Below, in pieces: positions 62,031-64,000 of a DNA stretch of 64,000 nucleotides. Both the position numbers and the translations under genes were made by a program. Location of the stretch: the NCBI GenBank assembly GCA_043228905.1, contig JBHGNT010000005.1, forward strand, positions 3,596,001 through 3,660,000. The letters run 5' to 3'. This DNA is from Azolla caroliniana. Lineage: Eukaryota; Plantae; Polypodiophyta. Within the stretch, counting starts at the first letter, position 1. The number at the start of each line of letters is the position of its first letter. Below the pieces are notes generated by a model. The model worked only from the letters and a program-made list of their open reading frames with translations, did no database searches and was not told where the DNA came from.

Positions 62031-63042
62031 TTCCCAATCAAGTTTGTGAGATCCAAGGCTCATAAAAGGTTTCCCTTTTGAACAAATTCTGAGATAAATT
62101 TAAGAGAGAACCGATTGTTTTTAGAGTTTTGAAGAGCAAATGCTGATTAGTAAAGTAAGAAAATTTTATATTTTTATCTTTTTGAAAGGATGCTTCTTTT
62201 AACAGACATGTCGAAGAGGATATACTTGAGTAGATGCATTGAGAACAAATAGAAGAAATGGAGAGCTCCAATGGGTGATCTTGAATTTTGGTTACAGATA
62301 AAAGATTGTAGGACCTAGGTTCACCAATGATGTAAATGGTGAAACTAACAATGGCAAACATTGTGTGTCTACCAACCATGTTTCATGTTGGATATCTTTA
62401 TCATTCAAATGTTTTTATTTTAAAATAGCAACCATCATAACGGGATGCTGTTTTAACTCTTTTATGACAATTATATATTAACCATTTTCTTCTTTCCTTT
62501 ATTACTAGCTCCGCAGAATTCTTGATAACATTTCATGACCAGTGTGAAACAACAGAAGACCAACTGTCCTGAGAGCAGATGAGGTTAAGAAAGCTAGAAA
62601 TAAATTCCTGTGTACTAAAGCTCTAAACTCAAAAGTTACTTTAGAGTTAGCAGTTAGACCCCACATATAGTCAGTTAAAGGCTATAAACACTAAGATTTG
62701 TTTTTTACAAGGTGATAACATGAACAACACTTGCCTTATTCAGAAAACCCTCTTTTAATGAAGAACTGGACATTCAACTGTGGGGCTAATTTAGAGTTAG
62801 TTTTAGTGTGTTGAAATTTGTAGGTCTAAATAGATAGTTGAAATTTATAGATCTACTGGCTTATTAGTTCTCTTTGCCTACTATACTGCGTGAAGAATAC
62901 CTTGGAGGCTCTACAGGTGGATTTCCAATTATTCCCTCGATATGTAAAATAAAGGTCTTAATAAAGGAGTTGAATTTATTTCAGTAACAGGGTTCCAACC
63001 ACTTGTTTCTCTGAATTCTGCTATACTCTTCACATCCCAGTT

Positions 63043-63477
63043 ACTTTGGTGGTGGTTCAGCACAAGAGGCTATGGCTGGAATTCCTATAGGCCAAGGAAG
63101 TATTTGGGACAATGCAAAACGGCTTGGTCAATCCTATATACAAAACTATTGGCCTGCAATCTGATTTGCAAGGGCCTCTTGTAGATATTGGACACTCTAA
63201 TATGGCTGGAAGAACAATTTTTGGAAGGCTCTTGTGGAAATATTGGAGCTCTTCAACCATATGTGGGACTTTGGTGGTGGTTCAGCACGAGAGGCTATGG
63301 CTGGAATTCCTATAGGCCAAGGAAGTATTTGGAACAATGCAAAACGGCTTGGTCAATCCTATATACAAAACTATTAGCCTGCAATCTGGTTTGCAAGGGC
63401 CTCTTGTAGATATTGGACACTCTAATATGGCTGGAAGAACAATTTTTGGAAGGCTCTTGTGGAAATATTGGAGTTCT
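63043..63477. repeat. 225-bp-period tandem duplication, possibly within a LINE relic
   Basis: ACTTTGGTGGTGGTTCAGCAC...GAAATATTGGAG at 63043 and 63268, followed by an EEGGAGFR motif reminiscent of L1 ORF2. Confidence 0.88.
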
Positions 63478-63649
63478 AATATGACTGGAAGATTATATGA
63501 CCACTTGATACATTTAGGAAAAGTAAAGGATTATGAGGAAGGTGGGGCAGGGTTTCAGGTTTAGGAAGTTTGAAACTCTTAGCATTACAAGATAAACTAA
63601 AGGCTCTAGCTTTACACAATCTGATGAGGAATATAACGAAAGAAAACTT

Positions 63650-64000
63650 CACAGAATCCTCAAACGTGCTGAACAGTAACGTGTCATTGGGGTGGACCCA
63701 CATTGTTGATTCAGTATCAATCACTTCATGTGTTCAAATCAACATGCTTTCTTGTTAACATTGGCCTGGCACAAGTTGGATGCATGCAATCATCAAAATT
63801 CTCGAATAGGATATAAAAGAAAGTCCAATGGAAAGATGCACAGAATCCTCAAAAGTGTCGAAGGGCAATGTGTCATAGGAGTCATAGGGGTGGACCCACA
63901 GATTTGATTCAATCAATTGCTTCAAGGGTTGAATTCAACATGCTTTCTCGTTGACATTGGCCTGGCACAAGTTGGATCCATGCAATCATCAAAATTCTCG
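63650..64000. repeat. ~190-bp tandem duplication running off the window end
   Basis: CACAGAATCCTCAAA...CATGCAATCATCAAAATTCTCG twice. Confidence 0.88.

Overview
AT-rich eukaryotic (land-plant) nuclear DNA, probably a fern; the fern call is an inference from PPR motif style, microsatellite-rich 5' leaders and TE-filled introns. Six protein genes were reconstructed by hand: a single-exon DUF688-like gene (+, 15979-17184), a 5-exon APS2-like ATP sulfurylase (+, 25259-31997), a 6-exon JAZ/TIFY jasmonate repressor (-, 37542-35389, missed by the ORF track), a PLS/E-class PPR gene (-, 51667-49223), a 3-exon FAX/TMEM14 plastid fatty-acid exporter (-, 55995-53101) and the 3' two exons of a multi-pass membrane protein (-, 59433-57022). 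The rest is mostly decayed Ty3/gypsy, Ty1/copia and LINE sequence, a hAT-type MITE family with 8-bp TSDs, local tandem duplications and microsatellites. Best leads: (1) a duplicated, stop-containing, fold-back copy of the Jas exon in JAZ intron 4 that could yield a Jas-truncated repressor; (2) the ATP sulfurylase has a degenerate miR395 site, a second in-frame AUG and a GAGAC array upstream; (3) a four-layer TE nest with intact TSDs; (4) a short LTR element with a tRNA-Ala-type PBS. I see no CRISPR, rRNA or intact tRNA, and no convincing novel multi-gene system. All family assignments are from motif recognition, not database searches.
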